From positions 105,402,001-105,466,000 of the forward strand of contig NC_086108.1 in NCBI RefSeq assembly GCF_963921235.1: a stretch of DNA of 64,000 nt. Reading direction: 5' to 3'. Source of the stretch: Mobula hypostoma. Its lineage: Eukaryota. The translations under genes and the position numbers were made by a program. The notes under the pieces were generated by a model. The model had not been told where the DNA came from. It saw only the letters and a list, made by a program, of their open reading frames with translations, and ran no database searches. Shown one piece after another: positions 49,858 to 63,364 of the stretch (its first letter is position 1; each line of letters begins with the position of its first letter).

Positions 49858-51419
49858 GTAGATAGACTGCCTCCAGAGATGGAGACAGATAGATTGAGAA
49901 AGGGGAGGGAAGTGTTGGAAATGGAACATGACCTCACTATTTTATTTTTCTCTTGTTTTGCACTACTTATTTAATATAATTTTCTTTATATATATTATTA
50001 TTGTAATTTATAGTTATTATTATGTATTGCAATGTAGTTCTGCCACAAAACAACAAATTTCATGATATATGCAAGAGATATTAAACCTGATTCTAGACAG
50101 CGAAGGTTTAGAGGGATATAGGCTAAATGTGGGCAGATGGGACTAGTTTAGATGGGCAACTTGGTTGGCATGAACGACTTTGGCTGAAGGACCTGTTTCT
50201 GTCTTTATGACTCTATCCTCTTGAACCCACTGGGTTCCACCAGATGTTGTCTTTACCTCAACGAAGTGTGGTTGCCATTTCAACGAGGAAATCCCTGACA
50301 CTTCCAAGTAAGACCTGCTCTCAATCAAGATTCAAAGATTCAAATTACATTTATTATCAAAGTATGTATGCAGTATACAACCCTGTGATTTGCTTTCTGG
50401 CCACAAAACAAAGAAAATCATGAAACCTGTTTATAGAAAAATATCAACCCGTGCACACACAAAACAGGGGCAAACAGCAAAAATAAAGAGCAAAAAACAC
50501 AGAATATGAAATACAAAATTGAAAGGGTCCAGGCATTTGCAGTTCATCTCAGCCCAGCGCAATGAAGCACTGTGTTAGTTGTTATCTGCAGGCCACCCTG
50601 AACAAAATTGTTCAAAATAGGAACAATAAAATAAGCGATCAGAAACACATCTTAATGTGAACTACAGAGTCCAAAACACAAACCGCATTGATTAAACCTT
50701 CCCCAAGACCCAGGACTCTAACACATTCCTCCAGCAGCATCGAGTGGGAGGGAGAGAGAGAACATTTGAACACAGGGACTTACCTCCAGGAGCAGCGAGC
50801 GAGTGGGAGAGAGAGGTCGACTAGCAGAGTTCCTTCAAGATCAATTAAGGGTCTCATGAGGTTCCATTTGTATATTAATTCCCTGGCAGAAGGGACTAAA
50901 TCCTCCTTTTGAATATTAATCCATTGCATGGGGTTCTTATTGCAAAGAACTTCTGCTGACATCCTCTGATGATCACTGGCAAATCTTTTACATACCAATA
51001 GGCTCAAGGACACCTCTCTATCCCGCATATTAAGACAACTGAACAGGTCTGGTACAACACGATGGACACTTGATCTCACAATCTACTCCCTAATAGCCTT
51101 GCATCTTATTATCTCCCTGCACTGCACTTTCTCTCTAACTGTAACACTTTCTTCTGTATTCTGCTACTGTTCTCCTGTGGACCAGCTCAATATACTGTTG
51201 CAATGATCTGATGGATTGCAAAGCAATGTTTCTCACTTTAACTCGGTGTGTATAGTAAACAATAATAAACCAGCTAAATTTAATTTGCATTTTGATACAC
51301 ATTTAGACACACCTTAAAAACGTTGTGCGTCCCAGGGGCCAGCTCTGAAAAATCACCAACCTTGTGTGGCTTTTTGAAATATTTCCCTGGGCAACACTGA
51401 GCAACAGAGGAAAAGAACT

Positions 51420-52730
51420 GCATAGTAACGTTGCAGTTAGCGTAATGCTTTACAGTGCCAGTGACTCAATTCCTGCCGCTGTCCGCAAGGAGTTTGCACG
51501 TTCTCCCCATGACTTTGTGTGTTTCTTCCAGGCGCTCCAATTTCCTCCCACAGTCCAGGAAAAGATGTGTGGGTCAGGGTTAGTAAAGGAAGATGTGTGG
51601 GTCAGGGTTAGTAAGGAAAGATGTGTGGGTCAGGGTTAGTAAGGGAAGATGTGTGGGTGAGGGTTAGTAAGTAAAGATGTGTACGTCAGGGTTAGTAAGA
51701 GAAGATGTGTGAGTCAGGGTTAGTAAGGGAAGATGTGTGGGTCAGAGTTAGTAAGGAAAGATGTGTGGGTCAGGGTTAGTAAGGAAAGATGAGTGGGTCA
51801 GGGTTAGTAAGGGAAGATGTGTGGGTGAGGGTTAGTAAGTAAAGATGTGTACGTCAGGGTTAGTAAGGGAAGATGTGTGGGTCAGGGTTAGTAAGGAAAG
51901 ATGTGTGGGTCAGGGTTAGTAAGGAAAGATGAGTGGGTCAGGGTTAGTAAGGAAAGATGAGTGGGTCAGGGTTAGTAAGGGAAGATGTGTGGGTGAGGGT
52001 TAGTAAGTAAAGATGTGTACGTCAGGGTTAGTAAGAGAAGATGTGTGAGTCAGGGTTAGTAAGGGAAGATGTGTGGGTCAGGGTTAGTAAGGAAAGATGT
52101 GTGGGTCAGGGTTAGTAAGGAAAGATGAGTGGGTCAGGGTTAGTAAGGGAAGATGTGTGGGTGAGGGTTAGTAAGTGAAGATGTGTACGTCAGGGTTAGT
52201 AAGAGAAGATGTGTGAGTCAGGGTTAGTAAAGGAAGATGTGTGGGTCAGGGTTAGTAAGGAAAGATGTGTGGGTCAGGGTTAGTAAGGAAAGATGAGTGG
52301 GTCAGGGTTAGTAAGGGAAGATGAGTGGGTCAGGGTTAGTAAGGGAAGATGTGTGGGTGAGGGTTAGTAAAGGAAGATGTGTGGGTCAGGGTTAGTAAGA
52401 GAAGATGTGTGGGTCAGGATTAGTAAAGGAAGATGTGTGGGTCAGGGTTAGTAAGGAAAGATGTGTGGGTCAGGGTTAGTAAGGAAAGATGAGTGGGTCA
52501 GGGTTAGTAAGGGAAGATGTGTGAGTGAGGGTTAGTAAGTAAAGATGTGTACGTCAGGGTTAGTAAGGGAAGATATGTGGGTCAGGGTTAGTATGATGTG
52601 CGTATGCTGTGCTGGTACACAAAACATGTCAATACTTGTGGGCTGCCCTCAGCACATCCTCAGACTGTGTTGGCTGTTGGCGCATTTCACGGTATGTTTC
52701 GATGTGCCAAATAAAGCTAATCTGGAAAAT
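51420..52730 (+). mobile_element. V-SINE-like element with an internally amplified segment
   Basis: Head and core ggagtttgcacgttctcccc...tttcctcccacagtcca before the array; body continues after it and matches about 63800-63950. Confidence 0.75.
51560..52593. repeat. 28-bp minisatellite, about 37 copies (aagatgtgtgggtcagggttagtaagga), with 168-bp higher-order repeat
   Basis: Variant gtacgtcag at 51681, 51849, 52017, 52185 (168-bp spacing) and 52549. Confidence 0.95.
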
Positions 52731-53302
52731 CTTTAAAGCTCAGATATCCTGCCTAGATATGTAAACATGCCTGAGAATCACCTCTGCTCTCCACCTCCCT
52801 GGAACACTCATTCCAAATTCTGAAGTTGATCACTATGTGTCTACAGGAGTGAAGTATTAATGTGCCAAGAAAAATCGTAAAGCAGGTTCGGTGGGTGAAG
52901 TTCTCCACTTTTTTTTTAATTGCCTGCATGTTATTCACCTGTTTCCACATAAATATTTAAATCAAGTTGTATAAGTAGTAGAAGTAAGAGACACTTGTGT
53001 CACTTTCTCATCGCCCAGCCGTGCTCTGAATGGATGTGTCAGTCTGGAGATGTGCGACGTTAATCTTTTTAATTAATGTTTCACCACATTAATACTGACA
53101 GACAGCCAGGGAGAATTGAACAGGCGGTGTCGGTGCCTACAACTATATTGTCCTCTTTTAAACATTAGTGTTGCTATTTTGAGCAGATCCTCAAGTTCAT
53201 CATAAACTATGAAGTATTGCCAAAGCTGCTTTTTAGTCTTAACCCTTTCCCTTCCTGATTCTATGCTGTTCTATTATTCCACATTAAAGATTAGCTTGAT
53301 GA

Positions 53303-53712
53303 GGTAGCCTCTAACCTAAAGGCATGAATAACAATTCAGGAAATCTTTTCTCCTTTCCTCCTCTTTTCTTCTATTCTCCACTCTGGTGTTTTACCTCATA
53401 TCACTTCCCCTGGGACCCCTCCTCCTTCCCTTTCTCCCATGGCCCTCTCTTCCCTCCTATCAAATTCCTTCTTCTTCAGCCCTTGTCCTTTCCCACCCTC
53501 CCAGCTTCACCTATCACCTTCTAGCGAGTCCTCCTTCCCCTCCCCCATCTTCTAATTCTGGCATTTTTCCTCTTCCATTTCAGTCCTGAAGAAGGGTCTC
53601 AGCCTGAAACGCGACTATTTACTCACTTCCAGAGAAGGGGCCTGATCTGCTGAGTTCCTTTGGCAGTTTGTGTGTGTTGCTTTGGATTTCCAGCATCTGC
53701 AGACGTTGTCAT
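53303..53712 (+). mobile_element. PLE 3' fragment with degenerate HHR at 53581
   Basis: GSL*PKGMN remnant; cagtcctgaagaagggtctcagcctgaaacgcgact. Confidence 0.8.
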
Positions 53713-54152
53713 CTTGAAGATTAGCTTAATTTTTTAAAGAGATATAGCATGGAGCATTGCCCTTCCAGCACTTCAAGCTGCACCGTCCTTTTTGCAATCT
53801 ACCGATTTAACCCTAGCTTAATCATGGGACAATTTACTATGACCAATTAACCTAGTAACTGGTATATTTTTGGACTGTGGCAATAAACTACAGAACTAGA
53901 GAAACCTGGAGGAAACCCACACGCACACAGGAGAAACTTACAAACTTGCTTAAAGAGGATGCCAAAAATGAACTCCAAAATTCAGATGCCCCGAGTTGTA
54001 ATAGTGTTGCACTAACCGCTACGGTATCAGGCAGATTAATTTGTCACACGACTACTTATCTATTTTTAAAACTACTGTATATTTCTTATTGCAATTTGTA
54101 GTCGTAATAGTGCGATCATTTGAGGCAAGTACGATGCTCTCCTCAGGGTTAG

Positions 54153-54500
54153 GATCATCATCATTATCATTACTATGACATCATCACTATGTGCCACGTC
54201 ATATGACATGGGCGATCATGGTCTATCCATGATCATGATTGTTCTTGGCAATTTTTTCTACAGAAGTGCTTTACCATTCCTTTCTTCTGGGCAGTGACTT
54301 TACAAGGCAGGTGACCCCCTAGCCATTGTCGATACTCTTCAGAGATTGCCTGCCTGGCGTCAGTGGTCACAAAAGCAGCTGCTCATACAACCATCCACCA
54401 CCTGCTCGCGTGGCTTCACGTGACCCCTGATCAGTGGAGCTAAGCAGGTGCTACACCTTGCCCAAGGGTGACCTGCAGGCTGGCACCTTATACCTCCTTT
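54153..54500 (-). mobile_element. RTE-related non-autonomous retroposon (same family as 5298-5665)
   Basis: Reverse-complement similarity to 5310-5660; (CAT)n tail. Confidence 0.65.
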
Positions 54501-55935
54501 GGTAGAGATGTATCTCCACCCCACCACTCAAGTTAGGGCAGATGCTCTTAAAGTTGAACGCCTGTGCAAAAATGGGGATATGGATCTCAGAGTTGCATAT
54601 ATGCACTTTGATATTAAATTAACTTTTAACTTTGAATCCCTCTTCACAAGACTTGATGTCAGATATTGCTCAATAAATCTCCTGCCAAGTTTTAAAGCCA
54701 CAAGGTAAATACGAGTTGTGGTTGCTAAAAGGAATGATCTATCAGTCAATGTAGCTGTGCTGTTAATGCAAGCCAACCAGCCTATTAGAGCTGCCACACT
54801 TCTGTGTGTAGCAAGTGTCTACATTCACGAACCATGTGAGGTACTCATAGACAAGTCAACATGATATGATAAGACATTGTATAAAGCTTGTTTTTTTTAA
54901 AACAACTTAATTGAAAACCACCATGTCACAGGCCTTTTCCATTAATTAGATAACTGTGCTATAAATGCTGTTTGTATAAATTTTAAAAAAGGATATTCAT
55001 TTAACAGAAAACTGCATTATGAAGCCTGAAGCCAAGATTAAAAATGTAATTATAATTCAGTTTTGAAACATGTGTCATCTTGGGTCTAAAAAGTAATTAA
55101 CTTGTTAAATATTAATTTTTTTTTTAGTCTCCACTTTGCTTCTGTGACGATGAAGTCAATGTAAATCCAGGCAGGGTGTAAAAGATCTTCTACACCATCA
55201 CCAGTCCCCACCTCCACAGTCAGAGAGAATGATCAGCTGAGCTCCTCAGATAGGGAGATCCATAGTAAGCTGTTGTCCCAAATTCACCTAAAGACAGTCA
55301 TCAGAATATGGAATTTTTCACTCTAGAAGTGATAACATAGAATTAAAAGAGACATTTTTCTACCATTACATACCACAGATTTTTATTTATTTTTAATTCT
55401 TTTTATTCAGAGCTATCCTGAGGGACACGCCTTTCTGGCCCAATGAGCCACACCACCCAGCAACTCACCTATTTAACTCTAGCCTAATTATAGCACAATT
55501 TACAATGACCAAATAACCTACCAATCAGTATGTCTTTCGACAGTGGGTGAAAAGCAGAGCAACCCATGTGCTCACAGGCAAAATGTTCCAACTCCTTACA
55601 GAGGACGCCAGAATTGAACTCTGAACTCCGACCCCCCTCCCAAGCTAAAACAGTGCTGGGCTACCATGGCGCCCAACAGATATAAAAGTTTTAAGGGAAA
55701 ATGGGCCAAATTGATCAAATGGGATATATGGGATAGTGTAACAGCATTATACTGTTTATGACCTTCCGGGTTAAGATGGCACTAGGGAAGCCCAGTAACT
55801 ATTTACTGGTGGCAAACAAAACAAAGAATACACTATTAATAACACTTTTGTGGTAATCCGTCACCACAAACAATGAAGAAGTGAGAGAAGGCAAGGCTGG
55901 GTTGAGGATCGAAATGTATTGTTGCAAGCAAAGTG

Positions 55936-56115
55936 CAAAGTCGAGGTGAAGTTGAAGCATATTCAAGTCAAAGTTGGGGTGAAGTTGAAGCATACTCAAG
56001 TTAAAATTGGGGTGAGGTTGAAGCATACTCAAGTTAAAATCGGGGTGAGGTTGAAGCATACTCAAGTTAAAATCGGAGTGAGGTTGAAGCATATTCAAGT
56101 CAAAGTCAGGGTGAG
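55936..56115. repeat. 33-bp tandem repeat, about 5.5 copies, inside a non-autonomous retroposon (about 55764-56685)
   Basis: Unit caaagttggggtgaagttgaagcatactcaagt. Confidence 0.92.
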
Positions 56116-57833
56116 CAGAGTAGAGCCAAATCGCAGCGGAGGAGAGACAGATTTGAGGCCTGTCTACCTAAAGCGAGAGCGAAGTTTGATGATCTAAGCA
56201 TAAACCTGATTTGGAAACGTCATTTATGAGGCAAAATATAGCAGCAGGATTCAGGCCCAGAACGTATCGATGCAATAGGGCCTAGCTCCTAGCGCGAGGA
56301 AAGACCCGATGTTTGGATGATTCAAATGCTGGGCCTGATGAATTGAAAAGTCAGGGCATTGGGACAAGAGGCGAGGGTTGGGCTGGTTCTGCTTGCTGTT
56401 CTGCAATGTTTACTCGGCTCTGCACTGAACTGAAGCTGAGGCTGTGGCCTGCTCCGGCAGTGCTGGGCTTCGTGTCTGTGAACTCACTTGTGTCTGAATG
56501 CTATTTGCTTATTTTTATTATTTGCACAATTATTTTTTTTTTCTGTCTGCACATTGTATGTTCGATGGCCTTCTATTTATTGGGTCCTTTTGGATTTCTT
56601 TGTTTTGTGGCAGCCTATAAGGAAACAAACCTCAAGGTTGTATAATGTGTGCATACTTTGATAATAAATGCACTTTGAACTTTTAACTATTTTTTTACTT
56701 GTGACATAAATGCACCACCTTTTAATTTGTTAATTTATTTGTAGTAATATTACTTCACATGTGTTGTGTGTGTGTTACAGTATATGGCTGCATTATCCAT
56801 TTGGTCCAGAAGAATGCTGTTTCATTTGGCGATATGCATATATTCGGTTGAAATGATAATAAACTTGAACTTAAATAGGCATCTTGGTCAGCATGGACAA
56901 GTTGGGCTGAATGGCCTGTTACATAACTATGAATCTAATAAAAATCTTTAATACAGGTCAAAAAGAATGAAGTAAAAGGGTAGATTCCACCGACCTGCAA
57001 GGCCAACGTTAAGGTCAAGCTTTTTGTGATTATTTTTGAAGAAAGCAATGCATTTCACTGTATGTTTCAAGTTTCAAGTTTAATTGTCATTCAGCCATAC
57101 ATGAATGCCCATGTGTATTGCCAAATGAAATAGTGTTCCTCCAGGCCAACGGTGCAAAACACGTTACCAACAGCACACTGCACATTGTACCTAGCACAAA
57201 TCGCACATGCGGTTATGATTTCAGAAAACCATACAGTCGCAAAGAGAAAAGAAGTAACAATAATATAGTCCAAACCCCTGTTGTCCTACTCCAGCTTGTT
57301 TCGATGTATATGTTTAAAATTCAAGATTGCTTAATGCCATTTCTAGTACACAAGCATAAAACAGAAGAAAATAATTTTGACTTCAGTTCTGATGCAGCAC
57401 AAAAAAAATAAGATAAAGAATACAATAAATATAAATAGATAAGATAGCTTATATGCATGGATTGATTGTACATATGTCCATAAAATGACGCTAAGCACAT
57501 AAGGTGACAGACAGGAAATGATAAAGTAGTGGTGGTTGAGACTGTGGAGAAGTGGGTTAGAGGGTGGATGGATGTGTTGCTCAGCCTTATTGATTAGGGT
57601 AGTAGAGCTACTAGGACTTGATGTTTCAATCCCTATGGTAAGTTGGCACTCTTGATGTTGGCAGTGGGTTTGGAGTGGTGACAAGGAAGGAGGGTAGGTA
57701 CGTCATCGGAGTCATCAGGTGGGCACCCTCCTTCTTTGATGTTTCGTTGATAAGCCCATGACGTCTCCAGAGGGCTCAACGGTGCTACCTGTCGTTCCAG
57801 ATACACCCCCCTCAGTTCCATACCCTCCTGTCT

Positions 57834-58120
57834 TCATCTTGCAGCCCAGTTGTTGTCTTTCCTTTTAATCCAAATCCAATTGCTGCTTTCTTCTGCTGCG
57901 TTTGACAAGGACTTGATTGCTTGTTGGAGGGAGTGATCTTCTTCAATAGACTGGTTGTAGATGTAGCAACGAATCCCCTGCATCCCACTTCTACAGGGAA
58001 AATCTTGGTCTTCCAGCCATTCTGGGCAGCTTCAGTTGCCAGTTCAGAGTACTTGGTCTTTTTCCTCTAATAAGCTTCTTTGACACCATCTTCCCATGGT
58101 ACTGTCAATTCCACAACAAG
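57834..58120 (-). mobile_element. HERO/NeSL-like non-LTR element fragment: restriction-like endonuclease C-terminus
   Basis: LVVELTVPWEDGVKEAY*RKKTKYSEL...GWKTKIFPVEVGCRGFV, then after a frameshift AIKSLSNAAEESSNWIWIKRK...W. Confidence 0.85.
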
Positions 58121-58194
58121 TAATTGCTTTAGAGTCAGGTGGTCCTGGCCCGGATGCTACATAGCCTCCTCCCTGTCAACTTGACAGGAACTTA

Positions 58195-58332
58195 ACAGTA
58201 ACTCAAATAACCACTTGTTACAACAGTGGTGTGCGGATGAGCATCACGGAACACACAACATGTCAAATCTTGAAGTGGGTGGGCTACAGCAGAAGACCAC
58301 GAGCATTCACTCAATGGCCACTTTATTTGGTA
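58195..58332 (+). mobile_element. Tc1-like transposase HTH fragment followed by a TIR copy
   Basis: TVTQITTCYNSGVRMSITEHTTCQILKWVGYSRRPR. Confidence 0.75.
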
Positions 58333-59329
58333 CTATTGCTTTAGTACCATTAAAATGCCCTCTGATATTGTCTCCCTATTCCTTTCTCTTCTTTCATGAG
58401 GAGTGGGCATCACTGACAAGGTGGGCATTTGAAATCCACAACTAAATGCCTTTAAAGGGACAATTTGGAGTCTACTTTCAACTAAGATCACATGTAGGAC
58501 GGATGGGGTAAAAGGCATCAGATTTTCTACCCTCCAATTATATCGGTGCCTAAGAAGAATGTAGTAATCTGCCTTAATAACTATTGTCCAGTAGCACTTG
58601 CATCTGCTGTGATGAAGAAGTTTTTAATGAATCAGCCTCTGATTGAGAAGTGAGTTGGATCCACTTCAATTTGCCTACCGACACAGCAGGTCCACAGCAG
58701 ATGCCATTCCATTGGCTCTTTCCTCAACACTGGAGCCTCAGGACCCACACCACCAGCTTCAAATCACAGTTATTACACTTCAAACATCAGGCTCTTGAAC
58801 CAGAGGGGATAACTTCACTCAACTTCAATTCAGTGATGGGGCAAGTGAAGTAGAGGGGCCCGATTGGCTGGACAATATCCATTACTTTTTGTATGACTTT
58901 CTATTCGAGGGTATTGATCTTTCCATACCAGGCCGTGATGCACCCAGCCAATACACGCTCCACCACACATCTATAGAAGTTAGTCAAAGTTTTAGATGTC
59001 ATGCTGAATCGTTGCAAACCTGTAAATTTGTAAATTTTCTCTGCACTCTTTAAATCTTATCAATATCTTTCCTGTAGGTAGATATGTTACAATACTCCAA
59101 ACTTGCCTTCACCAATGTCTTTTAACAAACTTCAAATTTGAGTCTGTTTAAAGTTCAAATTTTAAAGAAAATTCTGTTTAGTTTCTTCTCTAACATATTG
59201 CTGGTTGTGCTTATTTGTGTGTTCTCCATTGAATAGCTTATGAATCTCCTGCATGCCTTCAGTGGTAATGACTAACTTCTCATTGTCTTAGGGAACCATT
59301 TGTAGAAATAAAGCAAACTGGTTTTAATT

Positions 59330-59985
59330 GTAGTTGAGGTAGGTACAATAACAACTTTTAAACAACAGTCGGAATATAAAAGCAAGGATATAATGTCGAG
59401 GCTTTATAAAGCACTGGTGAAGCCTCACTTGGAGCATTGTGAGCAGTTTTGGACCCCTTATCTTAGAAAGGATGTGCTGAAATTGGAGAGGGTTCGAAGG
59501 AGGTTCATGAAAGTTATCCCGGGATTGAAGAGACTGTTATATGAAGAACATTTCATGGCTCTGGGCCTGTATTCACTAGAATTCAGAAGAATCGGGGTGC
59601 CCTCATTGAAACCTGTCGAATGTTAAAAGGCCTCAAAAGAATGGATGTGAAAAGGATGTTTCCTGTGGTGGGAGAGTCTAAGGCTAGAGGACGCAGCCTC
59701 AGAATAGTGGGGCTTCCTTTTAGAATGGAGATGAGGAGGAATTTCTTTAGCCAGAGAGTGGTGAATCTGTGGAATTCATTGCCATAGGCTGCTGTGAAGG
59801 CCAAGTCATTGGGTATTTTTAAGACAGAGGTTTATTGATTCTCGATTATTCAGGGGATGGGGGTGGGGGATAAGGAAGGAAGTCAGGAGATTGGCACTGA
59901 GAGGGAAAATGGATCAGCCATGAGGAAATGGTGAAGTAGACTCGATGGGACAAGTAGCTGAATTCTGCTCCTATGTCTTATGTAC
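59330..59985 (+). mobile_element. CR1 3' fragment
   Basis: RLYKALVKPHLEHCEQFW...LYSLEFRR. Confidence 0.88.
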
Positions 59986-60204
59986 TGTTTTGCATACAGT
60001 TCATGCAATTCAAATCATTACACGGTGCATTGAGGTAGAACAAGGTATATCAGTAACAATGCTGAATAATGTGTAACAGCACAGGGAAAATTGCAGCGAG
60101 ACAATAAAGTGTGAGATCATAATGAAGTAGACTGCAAGTTCAAGAGTTCAAATCTGGTGCTTTGCTGTCACTGAGGGAGCTCGGCGAGGTCTGAAAATAG
60201 TAAT

Positions 60205-62963
60205 ACATAGAAATTTACAGCACATTACAGGCCATTGTTCCCACAATGTTGTGCCCACCATGTAACCTGCTCTAGTGACTGCCTAGAATTTTCCTAGCAC
60301 ATAGTCCTCTGTTTTTCTAAGCTCCATGTACCCTTTTGTATGTACCTTAAAAGACCCTATTGTATTCGTTTCCATCACTGCCACCGGCAGTGCATTCCAT
60401 GCACTCCCTACTCTCTGTGTGAAAAACTTACATCTGATATTCCCTCAGTACCTATTTCCAAGCACCTTAGAACTATGCCCCCTCGTGTTAGCCACTTCAG
60501 CCCTGGGAAAAAGCCTCTGACTATCCACACGATCAGTGCCCCTCATCATCTTATACACCTCTATCAGGTCTCCTCTCATCCTCCGTCGCTCCAAGGAGAA
60601 CAGGCCAAGTTCACTCAACCTCTTCTTGTAAGGTACACCCTCCGAACCAGGCAACATCCTTGTAAATCTCCTCTGCACTCTATAGTATCCACATCCTTCC
60701 TGTAGTGAGGTGACCAGAACAGAACACAGTACTCCAAGTGGGTTCTAAATAAAGTCTTATATAACGGTAACATTACCTCACGGCTCTTGACCTCAATCCC
60801 ATGGTTGATAAAGGCCAACACACCATACGTCTTCCTAACAACACTGTCAACCTGCACAGCAGCTTTGAGTGTCCTATCAACCTGGACCCTAAGATCTCGC
60901 TGATCTTCCATACTACCAAGAGTCTTACCATTTATATTATATTCTATCTTCAAATTGGACCTACCAAAATGAACCACTTCACACTTATCTGGGTTGAAGT
61001 GGAACTGCCACTTTTCAGCCCACTTTTCAGACATCCTATCGATGTCCCGCTATAACCATTAACAACCCTCCAGACTATCCATAACACTCCCAACCTTTGT
61101 GCCATCAGCAAACTTACTAACCTACCCTTCTACTTCTTCATCCAGGTCATTTATAAAAATCACAAAGAGTAGGGGTCCCAGAACAGATCCCTGTGGAACA
61201 CCACTGGTCACTGACCTCCAACCATCTACAATCACCCTTTGCCTTCTGTGGGCAAACCAGTTCTGGATCCATAAAGCAGGTCTCCTTGGATCCCACGTCT
61301 CCTTACTTTCTGAAAGAGCCTTGCATGGGGACCCTTTTCAAATGCCTCACTGAAATCCATATACAGTACATCCACTCCTCTACCTTCATCAATGCGTTTT
61401 GATACTTCCACAAAGAATTCAATCAGGCTCGTAAGGCCATGCCGACTATCTCTAATCAGATTATGTCTCTCCAAATGCTAATAAATCCTGCCTCTCAGGA
61501 TTTTCTCCAACAACTTGCCCACCACTGAAGTAAGATTCTCTGGTCTATAATTTCCTGGGTTATCTCTACTCCCTTTCTTGAACAAGGGAACAACATTTTC
61601 AGCCCTCCAATCCTTCGGTACTTCTCCTGTCCCTATTGATAATGCAAAGATCATCGCAGGAGGCTCATTAATCTCCTCCCTCCTTTCGCACAGTAGCCTG
61701 GGGTATATCTCTTCTGGTCCCTTGTGACTTATCTAACTTAATGCTTTTCAAAAGCTCCAGCACATTATCTTTCTTAATGTCTATATACTCAAACGTTTTA
61801 GTCCACTGTAAGTCATCCCCACAATTGCCAAGGTCCTTTTCCCTGGTGAATACTGAAGCAAAGTATTCATTAAGTACCTCCGTTACCTCCTCCGACTCCA
61901 TGCACATGTTTCCACTATCGCACCTGATTGGTCCTATTTCTCACACAGCTCATCCTCTTGCTCTTCACATACTTGAAGAATGCCTTGGGGTTTTCCTTAA
62001 TCCTGCTCATCAAGGCCTTCTCATGGCCCCTTCTGGCTCTCCTAATTCCATTCTTAAGCGCCTTTTTGCAACCTTGTAATTTTCTAGAGCTCTGACAGTA
62101 CCTAGTTTCTTGAACCTTTCGTAAACCTTTCTTTTCTTCTTAACTATATTTTCTACATCTTTTATACACCATGGTTCTTTAACTCTACCATCCTTTCCCT
62201 ACCTCAAGGTAACAGACCTAAGCAGAACTCCATGCAAATGTTCCCTGAACATTTGCCACATTTCTGCTGTGTATTTCCCTGAGAAAATCTATCTGCTCCC
62301 AATTTATGCTCCCAAGTTCCTGCCTAATAGCATCATATTTCCCCCTACACCAATTAAATGTCTTCCCAAATTGTCTGCTCCTATCCTTCTCCAGCGCTAT
62401 GGTGAAGGAGAAAGAGTTATGGCCACTACCTCCAAAATGCTCTCCCACCGAGTGTTCTGACACCTGACCAGGTTCACTTCCCAATACCAGATCAAGTACA
62501 GCCTCTCTTCTAGTTGGCTTATCTACATAATGTGTCAGGAACCCTTCCTGAACACACCTAACGAACTCCACCCCATGTAAAACCCTTGCGCTAAGGAGAT
62601 GCCAACCAATATTAGGAAAGTTAAAATCTGCCATTACAACAGCCCTATTATTATTGCACCATTCCAGAATCTGCCTCCCTATCTGCTTCTCGATATCCCT
62701 GTTACTCTTGGGGGGGTCTATAAAAAAACAGCCAGTAGAGTTATTGTCCCTTTCCTGTTTCTGCTTTCCACCCATAGAGACTCAGTAGACAATCCCTCCA
62801 TGACTTCCTCCTTTTCTGCAGCCGTGACACTATCCCTAATTAGCAATGGCACACACCCACCTCTTTTGACTCCCTCTCTGTTCTTTTTGAAACATCTAAA
62901 GCCCGGCACACTCAGCAGCCATTCCTGCCCCTGAGACATCCAAGTCTCTGTAATGGCCACAAC
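60205..62963 (-). mobile_element. CR1 LINE ORF2 (EN to 3' UTR), degenerate
   Basis: [39 protein letters not shown]. Confidence 0.93.
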
Positions 62964-63364
62964 TGTGTGGTGTTTGGTGTGAACTGTGTGTCCTGGAGGC
63001 CTGGATGCCTGGAAACAGGGCAGAAGCCCATGATCAACTCCATTGCTTCTCTCCATCTGAGGTGTTGAGCAAGGTTGAAGCTGATGAGGATAAGAATGGA
63101 GGATGCCAGATGTTCGGGGCTGTCTGACTTTCCCTCTTGATAGCTGGTGTTGGAGAAAAGTGCAGGAATATTCGGATCCGCATTGCCAGGATTGATAAGG
63201 GAGACTGGAAGGGTGGAGAATTAAATACTATGGTTATGGAGAAAGTGCAATGCAGTCAGACGGTAAGACGTAGGATCATAACAACGTCTGTGAGTCCAGG
63301 CCAAGGACTGGAGACTGGGGGCACAGAGGCGGCCAGTGCTAGAGTTGGAAACCTTTTCAGAGAG

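Noticed and set aside
51560..52593. CRISPR-like array or interstitial telomere
   Set aside because: Contiguous units without unique spacers; no consecutive TTAGGG; the unit derives from the flanking SINE
55919..56197. ORF with an 11-aa repeat (VKLKHTQVKIG)
   Set aside because: Consequence of the 33-bp unit length; no ATG or splice support
57700..57765. Possible type II hammerhead in the HERO-like 3' UTR (GAAAC...CTGATGA on the minus strand)
   Set aside because: I could not find the required stem I/II pairings
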